Both the position numbers and the translations under genes were made by a program. Of a stretch of DNA of 64,000 nucleotides, positions 12,593 through 24,322 are shown one piece after another (the first letter of the stretch is position 1; each line of letters opens with the position of its first letter). The notes under the pieces were generated by a model. The model had not been told where the DNA came from. It saw only the letters and a program-made list of their open reading frames with translations, and searched no databases. The DNA comes from Utricularia gibba (Eukaryota; Plantae; Magnoliophyta), in contig NEEC01000021.1 in assembly GCA_002189035.1 (NCBI GenBank), forward strand, positions 682,001 to 746,000, read 5' to 3'.

Positions 12593-14348
12593 TCAAAACG
12601 ATCCTTTTCCGATGATCCAAAGCCAATCCAGAGCAACCCCACAAAATATGCCGCCGAGGATGAACAGCACCAGCAGATTCCCAAGAGCGTTCTGCTCCGG
12701 CGCCTGTGAGAGAGACGAAGAAGCTCAGATCCATGAAAATGGAAGCTTTAGTCACACAGAATCCCAGTTCTTACCTTGTATCCCTTGGGCGCCACCATGA
12801 GCACGCATACAGTCAGATAACCGTTGGTTATTCCGAGGAAGGAGACGAGGAAGATCATCCAGCCTTGATCTCCGTATTTGGCTGTGAAGTAGAAGCATGG
12901 AATGAACGCGAAACGGGCGAAGCATGCGAGGAGAAGACCCCTTCGTGATTCCAGTTTGATGGGTGGAAGCAGCGGAATGTACCGGCCGATGAGATCCCAC
13001 ACGTTGTACATTGCTATCAGAACGACTGCGTACCTGCGGGAAATTGAGATGAATTATGGTCGTTTCTTGATATGGGTGGCGTTCTCGAGATTGTTACCAG
13101 GATCCGAGCTGGTGTTCGCCGGTGTTCTCGTACAGGAACCCCGGGAAAATGGACAGCGTGAGGACGTATATTGCGAAGAGGTCAGCTGCGTAGTCTGCGC
13201 ATTGTCGGAGGAGCTGCTTGACGGTTAGCCTTTCCTCGTCGCTTTTCACCTGGAAGAGGAAGGAAAATTGGTGCCGGAAGCTCGGGAAAAGGGGTATCAG
13301 AAGGGAAGGATGCTCTATATTACTATTTCATCTCCGGTGGCATGGATTCCGGCAGCAGCAAGATCAGCGGAGACCGTCTTCGACCCTTCTGCAGCCGCCT
13401 TTTTCCGGAAGTACTTCACGACCGGCAGCTTCGCAAACACAAAAGCGTAGAAGAAGATGCAGACGAACTCAATGAACGTGGAGATTGCAAGAAACAGCAC
13501 TAGAAAGTCAACAAGAAGAAAGATCAAAAACTGACAGAAATCGGGCCTCGTGCTTCTGAATTGAAGATACTTACGAACACCCTTTCGAAGTCCATGGCTC
13601 GTCTTGTCGAAAGCGGCTTTTGTTATGAGGCGGAGGCCGGAAGTGAGAGCTCCGGAGGCAGCTAAACCAGCAAAGAAAGACTGATTGAATTCAGGACACA
13701 TGAAGGACAAGTCTCCCACCATGCCACCTTGAACATGTGCATCAGCAACTCCAAAAGCAGCAACGAAAACACAGATACCAATATAGTTTCCGATCCCACC
13801 TTTCCCTGATGTCCCTACATCAATCTGGAATGCACCAGCAGACTCTCAAGTTCAGCACAGCAGTCCTGAACTTTTTCAAGAACACATGAAATGGCGAACT
13901 TACAAGAAGGAGACCCAATGTGCTGAGGCAAAAAAGGACGTATCCAAATATGACCCTCTTCCTGGTATCGATTTTCGATTCGTTATACGCAAGAATCGCC
14001 ATCGCCACATTTGCAAACGGCTGGTAAACAAGAGTGAGTACTCTTGCGGGATGATATTTCTGAACAGACATGACAAAGAAAGATGATGGAATCTGGTGAA
14101 TAGAATGATCCGATAGATTGCTGCAAACTTACTGGAAAAACTTCATAGTAGTAATCTCCAATGGTCAGCATGCTGTTCCATGATATCAGAGAGCCAAGCC
14201 CAAGAAACCAGCAAACAATAATAGCCTTCAGCTTTCCCTGTCATTTAGATCAAACGCTGATTCAGACAACCTTCTGTGAATAGAAAGAAAACAGTTAGCT
14301 ACCCACCTCAAGCTTTGTGGGCTCCGGGGGATGCGAATCACTACCCAT
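12593..14348 (-). CDS. ENT3: Equilibrative nucleoside transporter (ENT3-like), 416 aa. Exons 14348-14307, 14237-14133, 14059-13904, 13824-13575, 13499-13324, 13249-13098, 13033-12775, 12703-12593.
   Basis: Motifs WNSMLTIGDYY, YHPARVLTLVYQPFA, DAHVQGGMVGDLSFMCPEF, LSIFPGFLYENTG, YNVWDLIGRYIP, TNGYLTVC and PEQNALGNLLV. Seven GT-AG introns of 64-79 nt keep the frame. Confidence 0.95.
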
Positions 14349-15997
14349 CACGAACTGAAACAGCAGTTCTTGAGACAAACAGAGGAGCAAAAGACGACCC
14401 AATAACTAAAAGCTTCAGAGATTGAACCAGGGACAAAGATTTATGAGAAGAATGATCTTAAGATCACAAAATGGTTAAGAGATTCAACTTTTCTTTGATT
14501 AGATTCTTAGTTGCCAACTATCGTTCAAGTCCATGTTACCATTTTCCATTGCAAACATGAAATGCGGTGTGCCACTTGTAAGGAAAAATCTGAATCTTGA
14601 ACTGCTACGGAATAGAGAGGTATTCTATTTTCAAAGCTGTATTAATGAAAAATGCCAGAGGGCTCGAACTCTTACACAGGGAAGTTTGTAGCAGTTTTGG
14701 ATTGAAACTTGAAAGTTGACTCAGAATAACTGTAAACCACAATTAACTGCCGAGGAACATTTTCAACTTGGATGGATAACCCAAATCGTTTTTGTAATGG
14801 TTCTGAGTGAATTGGTTCTATTAAAAAGTATATTTTAAAATGTTATTACAAAAAGTATAAATTGATTTTTTTTAATAAAAACCAATATATGAATATAGTA
14901 TAAGAATAAAATTTGAAATAAATTTAAGATAAAGTTAATGAAAATAAAATAACTATAATAAAATAAAATGATAAAAATAACATCAAAATCGAATAAAATA
15001 AATGATAAAAATGATTTGATCAGTTTTTTTTTTCTGAATATTGGTTCTCCCGATTCAACTCGGCGGTTAAATTTCACAAAGAAAACTTATAGAATTCCAC
15101 CATAGATTTTGAAAAAATTTCAGATTTCATCCACAAATGAAATTTCGGAAAACGATCCAATTTCAAAAATATTTCATTTTAGAAAGAATCCGGAATTTCA
15201 TTGAAATTTAAAACATTCATTCATTCTCATCCGACATACTTCATTCAGAAATTATAAACAAAATGAGATTTTTAGAATACTTCCGAAACACTTAAATTGC
15301 ATTTGTTAGCTTGTTTAAAATTTTAATTATGTAATTTAAAATAAAAAGAGTTTATAAATTTAGATTTTTGGTAAGTAAATTTAATTATGTGATTTAAAAC
15401 AAACTATTTCATTTACTTTTTTTCATAAATATCCATTGTCAATTTAAAATTATTCAATACTAAACAGTCGATCACTCTTCAAAAATCAATTCTAAAAACG
15501 ATCTACCAAACACTACCTAAAATTTACGAGGCATCAACCAAGATCAAAATTATTCCAACATAATTATTTATTAAAATTAAAAAAATTATATATATTTGTA
15601 ATTAGAATAGAATTTTTTTAAATGGATTTTACTTCTCTAATACTTGAGTTACGTATTTTAATTTTATTATAATGAAATAATATTTACAAAATAATTTAAA
15701 TCTAAAGTCGAAATATCCGATATAAATATATTAAAGTCGTTCAAGTTTAAAAATAGACAGGAACAAGAAGCATCGTCATTGACGCAAAGATGCTAAATTT
15801 ATCTGCACTCCTGAAGCTAAATTTAGCACCTGTTCCTGGTAAGCATTAGTTCTTTGTCTTACCTATTACCAATCAAAAAGCTTATTACATCTGCGTCATG
15901 TCCTGATAATGTGTTGCCTCCTCACAGACGCCCATCTTGGAATCACAGTTACTTTTCCAAGCCTAAGAGCACCATTGCTTTGCGCAGTTCGCTCCAT

Positions 15998-17607
15998 CTA
16001 CCTGAAGATCCTCTCGAATGTCGGAGTCCATAAGCCATTAGTCGCCTCGGTGGCCATGGGATAGCTGATGGAGACCGGGATGAGGCACAGCCCTCGAGTT
16101 CTCAGTCCTTGGCTTGTTACCTCATGAACAGTCTGCATATCGTTGCGAGAATGGTTCAAGGTGAAAAGTATCTCACAGAATGTGGAAATGAGTGCTGAGT
16201 TCTTGTACCTGTTGGTGTGGCTCTGATGATGTCTCGCTTTTGAAGTAGGGAGCACTCAGAAGCTGAAATTAGAGGAAGCAGTGTAATGAAGGTTATACTG
16301 TTGTTTCTGGTATGATGTGTTCACCACTTACGTCAACTTGGGCATGGAGGAACTTGATGTACTCGATTGCTTCATGGAGGACTGAAGCAGTATCTGTCTG
16401 AAAGAGATTGAATTTATGGGGTGAATGTAATGAGAAGACACATTGAGAAGTGATCAGTTTTGGAGAAAAAAATGAACCTTTCCAAAAGGTGAAACCAGCT
16501 GCTGTAGTGCGGTTACTCGATCACCAAGCTTCTCTTTTCTAACCTGCCTCAAGAAGACATGAATGATGCCACTTTACTTTTGGAAGAAAATGGATCACAT
16601 CTCGATGGTATCTGCATATTTCTGACCTTGAAAGTTGGCAATGGAGATGGGGATTCTATTCTTTGGCGCTTCGGCAGAGGATTGGCGCCGGAGTTCTTAC
16701 GGGGCGGAGGAGTTCCTTCGCCATGATTCTGAGATATAGGAGCTTTGTATTAGGTCAAGGTAGGAAAACCTAGAGAGAAGAGTAGAAGATCTGGCTCAAA
16801 AAAAAAGCAGAAGAAGAGGAAGAGACGTGCCTGTGAATTGAACTTCTTGTGGTCAGATGCTTTGGTGGATTCAGGAAGGACTTGGTGGTGGTCGGAAGGC
16901 ATCAACATCGCCGGAAAATTGACCAACTGCGATGGATATTCCGGCAGCTCGGCCGAATTGATCATAACCAAGTTCCCAAAGTAGTCATCTTGATTCACCA
17001 TGTAACTTGAATCTCCATCGAACAAGTTTTGCAACAAGGAAGAGGCAAAGGTGTATGAAGAAGAACTCAACTGAGAGCCAGCTGACTCAAAGGAGCCAGG
17101 GAATGCAGAACTGGTTTGCTGCTGTCCTAAGTAGGATTTAGCAGTGGAATCAGCATAGATCGTCGGAGCCGAAAAACCGATCTCCGATTTCATGCCGGAA
17201 TCCTCCATGCCGGTAGCGGCTCCATCTCCATGGCTTCTGCATGATGATTGAGAAGAGAAGGTGGGGAAGACATAGTTTTCAAGATGGTTCCTTTTGCACA
17301 TGATTACAAAGAAACACGCCCAAAAAGAAACCCCTTTTTTCTAAAAGGTGCTTTGAACCATTGGAGACAATGCACATCAACTGGGGCCAAGAGTTTGTAA
17401 CGCAACACAAAGAACCAAACAAGGGTCAAAAGAATAGAAGACTCACAGCAAATCTTGATCCAGAAACGATCTTGATGACGCCTTGCCATCATCAAGCAAG
17501 ACGGCGGAAGAACACGGCGATAGGCCGCCGGAGGAGCAGAGGCTTCTCGGTGAATTCAGCCACCAGCTGCCTCCACAAACCCCACCAGCTCCAAGCTCTT
17601 CAGCCAT
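15998..17607 (-). CDS. bHLH112: bHLH transcription factor (bHLH112/123 subfamily), 347 aa. Exons 17607-17447, 17290-16831, 16728-16627, 16543-16478, 16397-16332, 16262-16209, 16132-15998.
   Basis: N-terminus MAEELGAGGVCGGSWWLNSPRS; bHLH region [55 protein letters not shown]; C-terminal LRTRGLCLIPVS...WTPTF. The exon 2/3 boundaries are less certain (AAG acceptor, GC donor). Confidence 0.88.
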
Positions 17608-20600
17608 GGAAGTTGAAGGTTCAAGTCTTGTATTTGGCCTTCTCTCCTTGTCTCTTTCCTTGAGGTTTGTTGCAAACTGTATAGCAGCTTCTTCTCACAT
17701 GGGCTCAAAGGAAAAAAGAATGGAGATTTCCAATGGATGAGGTGTGTCTTGTACACATATATAAAGCAAACACACACACACACCCCACACACACAAGGAA
17801 TTAGGTTTATATCATCAGAAATGTTTCTGACCACTGAGACCCCTTTTTCTCTTAAGTGGGATTGGGACTTTTTTTATAGTGGCGTTTTGTTGTTTTTTAT
17901 TTTATCCTTACCCCTTTTTACCCCTCATCTTGTGTCCTAATCCATCCATAATATCTTTTTTAAGTTTGTTAATAGTGGCCTATTGATCTCTAATACAAGC
18001 ATAATTTATAAAACGCTAATATAAATCTCTAAGCATGTTTTTTTTTTCTCTCTAAAAATTTTTCTTAATCAACTCAATCTTGATTCATTTTGTTTTCTAT
18101 ATATTCAAAATGCATCTATCAAACATGATATTATTTAAACTACATATTTGTAAAATATATATATCAGACATCCTTTTAATTTTTATCACATAATACTAGA
18201 CCATCGAAACTTGGTATTGAATTTTATGATGTCTAACATTTCTTGCCAAACCTTATTATATTAAATTTTAACAAGATGAATTTTTTTTAAAGCAATTTGA
18301 CAAAAAAAAAGTTTGAGAGATGGAAGTTTGCCAATTTCCAAGAAGAAGAAGCAACGCTTATTGATTCCTATTCGCTTTTTAAGTAAAAATCATTCGTGTT
18401 TGATAACGAAATTATGTCGAAAATATGCGTTTAAAATAATAACTTGAGAACAAAACTATTCCCTAATGACCAAGATTCCATATGTCTGTGGTTCCCTTTG
18501 GGCTTGTCTGTTCAAACGCGAATACGACTGAAATTCAAAGTCTACTCCAGATTTGTAAATCACATGAGCACAATTCTTTGGAGTCATTTGGAAAAATGAT
18601 CATTCGTTATTACATTAAAAAAAGATTAATACCAGAGGGTTTTGGTAAGGGATGCGGCTTGTGATGTGAGAGCAAGAAATTATGATAAACTGGACAAGAA
18701 CGACAGCTCTGAATCACACATTTCAGAACTCTATGATTGCGTTGCTGCGTCTGGGTCGTTATTATTTATATTATTCTTTTAATTCTGTGACTTTGATGTT
18801 ACCTTCGCCTTGGAAGTCGTGACCTCGTTCCAGTTTGCTATCCACATGAATTTCTGCTTTCTTTTTTCCCTTTTTTTGTTTCTTTGGGAACTCCAAAATG
18901 GCAAGAAATGGAAGAAGAAATGGTGCAGTGCAAGTAAGTCCATGTGCTGCTGGTGTCGTTTGCTACTGCCGACTTCAGTTTTTGGTTCCATCCTCGAGAA
19001 GATGGTTTTGAGTATGCACCAAATGTGAGCTTGAGTTCGTCTTGATTCAATTGTTTAATGGTTCTTCACATTCTTTATGCGAGTTTCCATGTTGATGTTG
19101 GCATTGTTGTTGTTATAATGGTGAATTTCATATCCTGATATAAAATTGAAATAATCAAATATATAAAAGATTATAAATCATTATAAATTGATTGAATTTA
19201 TTTTTTTTAATATAATTTATATTTGTTGTATACTTAATTTTCATATATAATTCACTAAATTCATCATATCCTTAATTTCAACAATTGTAGCTCATGTATT
19301 CATGATTGAACCCTACTATGTTCATTTGAATATCCATCTTTCGCTATTCATTAGAAAGGAATAGATTGTCATATGAAGAAAATTATGAATAGAGATATTA
19401 TTTGAGATTGTGATATATGTGAGATATATTAAAACAAATAATCTTATATTGGTATTTGAAAGTGAAATAATTAAATATATAAAAAAAATTATAGACTGTT
19501 AATATTCAATTAGATCTATTTTTTTAATACAATATATATTTATTATGTATTTGAATTTTATGTATACTCATTCAACCTTGTGCGATCTTTAATTTATGCA
19601 CATATTTAAGAACATCTTTTTTGATTATGGACATGTTAGAAAACAATAGGTAAAACTGTATTCTTGATGAAAAAAGCACTTCACTTGTATCAATAGGGAT
19701 TAAAAACTTGTTAATTGCAAATATTTTATGTAATACCAATAAAGTAAATCTAAAGATTTATAAAAGTATATTGGTATATTTGAAATGTTAGAAGAAATAA
19801 AGTGTAACAATTCTAACTCTGCTATTATACGATATTATCTATATTAAACATTCAATTTTCATGATTTTACGTTTTATCATTTCGAAAAAAAAGATTTTAT
19901 ACAAGATCAAAAAATACCCTTATATATAAACTATCTTTATATCTTGTCCATAACCAATATGAAATTCACCTAAAATACTTACATAGTTCACAATTTTGAC
20001 GAATCTCTCCCCATCACCTTAACATTCCTTCTTTTGTGATATCTTACAGCATTTCTACATACCATATACTAAATAATAAAAATCTCAGTCTTTCTGCTTT
20101 GTTCAGTTCCGTTTGTACGACCGCGGCGGTGGGACTGGACGGAAGGCTTTCCGATAAACGTCCCCACAATGAATGAAGACGGAGAAAGCAGATTGCGCCA
20201 ACTGGATGCCACAACGCACCATCCTCCCATTCTCCCAAAGCGGGGAGGAGGAGGAGGAGGACCTCAGCAGAGGAGTGAGTGGGAGGGAGGGAGGGAGGAT
20301 CGGTCGTGGGTCTGAGAGTCGCCGGACCCACACGGTGGCACGCGGAGCCTGTCTCCGACAACTGCGGTCTGGTTTTTGTCGTTTGGGATGAACACAATAA
20401 TAGACTCCCTTCACAAAAATGTACAATATCATTCATTCCCAGCAATCATTCATCGCAGACTCCAACCATCGCCCTTCATCCCGCCACGCCTTCGTATCTG
20501 TACCCTCCATTTCACCCTTCACCAACCTCCCAAACCCAATCGGAAAAGTAGACATCCAATTAGCTTATCTATGTTTTACAGAAAAATAGTTATTCGTATA

Positions 20601-20839
20601 TTTTTTCTCACAAACTAAGTTAATCAATTTATACTATGGTAATTATTTTTATCATACAATATTTGACATATGATCAGATTTCTAATTCTGATATTTCACG
20701 TAGTAATCCTAACAAATTTATAATTTTTTTTTAAATGGATTGGTTCAATCTGCATCCATGATTTTTTTTGGTTCGATTCAATAATGTCTATACAATAAAA
20801 AAAATATTAAATTTTAATAATTAAATTTTAATTTTTATA

Positions 20840-20946
20840 CTATGTTTTCAATAGATTGAACCCAATTCAACAGATTATAAAAAGGGTTTAATCCAAAACC
20901 ATAAATAAATTATTGAATAGATTAAATTAGATTTTAAAACGCTGGT
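20840..20946. mobile_element. End fragment of an hAT-like MITE, inverted relative to the copy at 40323-40430
   Basis: The reverse complement reads 'cagcgttttaaaa...tttggattaaacccttttataatctgttgaattgggttca', versus 'cagtgttttaaaaa...tttggattgaaccctttttagaatgatttgaattggattca' at 40323. Confidence 0.45.
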
Positions 20947-23374
20947 TAGTAAACGTATTATTTTTTCACAAGGTTCTTGTATTTTAAAATAATTTCTTAA
21001 TTCCAATAATTGAATTTTATTTCAATAGCATGTTTCAATAAGTTCATGAGATACATTAACAAGAACACTTGATTTATATTTATAATTCGACTAATTTTTC
21101 CTCTAATTGGGTTTTGTTTCCTTTTTTATTTGCATTAGAATTGGTTATTAAATTAGAAATATTATTGATTTATAATAATACACATGTTATGCAAATATTA
21201 TTTAAAAATAGTATATATTTTGATTGATTAAACCCCATTTTAATCGAATCTAAACCAAGCCCGTGAGGCTCCGACTCAGGTTTCAAATCCTATTTTAAAA
21301 CTTGGTCGTGATCATGCTCTTCAAAAGAAGAATAACCGAATTTAAAAATTATTTTTAAAATTCCATTTTTTCAGAAATGAAGGAAAAGAAAATGGAGAAT
21401 ATTATAAATTATTAGGTGAGCATGACCGAATAATGACGTATATTTGTAATTTCTTTCTAGAAAAGGATGGGTGACGTCTCACAATTCTCCTGGCAATCGA
21501 ATGAGGGGTTGAATTATTAGGAGACATGGATACCCTACCAACAACATAATTGAAGCAATGATTTTTAAAAAATGAATAAAATACAAATAATAGAAAAAAC
21601 TTATCATAGAGAATTGCAATGAATTTTCTAAATATTGATATCAATACTTCAAGAAAATAAGAATTGAATCACGTTTATTAAATCACCAAAAAATTAAGCT
21701 TGACATTGAATTTAGAGAAGTTTAATAAGAGAATTTAACGGGTATTTGAATTAATTGTATTTAGTAGAATAAATTGAATGTGTTTCTGCAAGACAGATTA
21801 TATAAATATATTTTTAAAATGATATTATGTTTGAGAGATATATTTAAAATAAAAAAAACGTATAATTATAAAAAAAAAACTCATGTGAGATAAGATTTTA
21901 ATAAGATTAATTGAATGAATTTGAAAAACATATCAAATTCATATAAAAAAGCATGCCAAACTTTTCAATCTGCCAAAATTAAATTTTTACGAGTGTTTTT
22001 TTATTAATATCGTGATTTATTCATATATTTCAGGTGTTATTCAATTTTTAGAATAATAGTGTAAAATCACCTACTAATAAATAAAAAATTAATTTGATTT
22101 TGGAATCGTACCTTCAAAGAAATAGCGTTGACTAGAGTCCAAAGGCGACATGTGCTGATTGACCGACCCAAGGAATTTTAGTTCACCTTTCCCTAGTCAT
22201 GAGTCAACTCCCACTACCAAATTACTTTACCTAATTTTTTCAATTTAATTATTTTTATTTTACAAAAGATGATCCTTCTAGGAACTTCTTTTTTACTTTT
22301 CTCTCAGTTTTTTTAACAATAAAACACGAATGTCGGCAATATTATAAATCTGTGCAAAATTGACTATCATTTTTTTAATAAAAAAATATTTAGTGGTATG
22401 TGACTCAAAAGCTATGCTTTCATATTAGTCAGTTAGTAGGTGCTTGTATAAATTTATATTAGAATTTCTGAAAATAATTTCTATTTCTACAAATTACGAA
22501 ACATTATTTTATTTTACTTTATTTCTCATTCTATTTTTCATTCTTATTTTCCATCAGTTTATTTTAAAAAATGGCGCAACAACATTCTTAATCTTGATTG
22601 TTATAGATTAAAATGTTGAAATACACATTTTCTTAGTACACTTTAAGTACTCAAACTTCATGATTTTACATTTTTTTTTAAAAAGATAATATTTTTTTCT
22701 GAGCACGTTTTAAAAATAATTTTGTTATCGAATACAAGTGAATTTCACTTCAAAAATTTAATAAATTTTTTTAAAAAAATTATCAAAATTTCAATTACAT
22801 TTCATTAGAAACACTTTTCAAAAAAAAGTGTTTTCGAAAAATAAAACGAAACAAAACATTAGCATAGTTGATACTGTATGAGAATCTTTTGATGGGTTTA
22901 GGCAAATGTAGTTTCCAAAGTTGATTAGATGTTTTTTTGTCATGCACAAACGCCCACATTGCTACACTGTTCATTCCAACAACTGATTCATTAACTTCCA
23001 AACAGATTGGTTGGTACTTCAGACAAAATTTGTCTCTTAATAACGCCATGTCGTCAACTCTTGTCATTTTATTTTAGATTCGAACAATCTTCTACTAATT
23101 TATTCACTCTTTCAAATCATTGTTTATGTAAATAATGTATATATATGAGATGGTCGTTCTACAATCCTTTTCATCCTATGGCTTAACCCGAAAATGATTA
23201 TGACGAAATTATAGAAGAGTTGTTCTCCTTCTGAAATCTTCCAAGTGCTACAAGACTCATGGTAAGGATTATGTCACCAAACTAACTATTCCTAGGTTTA
23301 AATTCAGTTTAATTGCGAATTCGACGTCGAATAATAACCTTGATCTAATATGGATCTTGATGAATTTGAGTGCG

Positions 23375-23720
23375 TAGAAGATTTTGTCAAATTATATTTA
23401 CAATACTAGTTCTTTGTATTGTGTTTTGTTGTCAAAGCCAAAGGTTGAGCTTGTTTCAATGTAAGAGAAATGAATCTCACACTAATACTAGTTAGAATTT
23501 GAATATAGAGGAATGATAATTGCTTTTTTATCTTTCAAAATCATGGTTTTTCATAACATACATGTAAGTTTGATATCAACTAATAATAAAATTTAACTGT
23601 ATAGAAAATTTTGTCGAATTACATTCACAATACTAATTCTTCATATCCCATTTTGTTGTCAAATCTAAAAATTGATCTCGTCTCAATATAACATAATTTA
23701 AATCTACTATAATAATAATT
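23375..23720. repeat. Diverged direct duplication of about 120 bp (about 23375-23500 and 23600-23720)
   Basis: 'attttgtcaaattatatttacaatactagttctttgtattgtgttttgttgtcaaagccaaaggttgagc' versus 'attttgtcgaattacattcacaatactaattcttcatatcccattttgttgtcaaatctaaaaattgatc'. Confidence 0.6.
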
Positions 23721-24322
23721 GATTTTTTATCGTGCAATATTATAGTTTTTAATAACTTTTTAAGTTGTTTTTACTCATTTTTTGTATAACTTTTTCACTA
23801 TTTTTCATTGTTTTGGCATTTTTATATCAATTTTCTTTTTGAAATGAAGTACATTTTGTAAATTTTTTAAGTTATTTTCCATAAAAAAATCAAAGTCGAT
23901 TAATTTGTTGGTTGTGAATGCTGAATTTGGGCCGAAACAACGAGTTAGAATGCACAAAAGGATTTGTTGCATTGGATTTACAATATGAATAACCATACTA
24001 CAAAAGATTAGCACCAATCGCATTACTTGAATCATTTCTTTCTTATTAAAAGCTCAATTAGTAATTCTCTAATGTAATATAGTAAAAATAAAATCGTCTT
24101 CACAGAAAAAATTCGATATTCTAACCTCTTCCAACAAGTCTCTCAACGTCCAAACTCATTGCCTCCTAACAACATTATATCATTCCCTTGGGCAAAAACT
24201 TTGCATTACGGTAATATAACCTCGTCATTGCCTCCTAAACCATGTTACCAATTACACTTGAACACCAATCCCTCACCTACGCGTTGAAAACACCAAGGGG
24301 CACATCGGAAATCTGGAAGTTT

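Noticed and set aside
12612-13475. Plus-strand ORFs opposite ENT3
   Set aside because: They are antisense shadows of GC-rich exons with no independent motifs.
16750-17301. 183-aa ORF-track product as a standalone protein
   Set aside because: It is bHLH exon 2 read into both flanking introns; the FLFFCFFF stretch is the polypyrimidine tract.
18909-18975. Possible miRNA hairpin (GCAGTGCAA / TTGCTACTGC)
   Set aside because: The stem is only about 9 bp with a bulge, does not extend, and matches no known miRNA.
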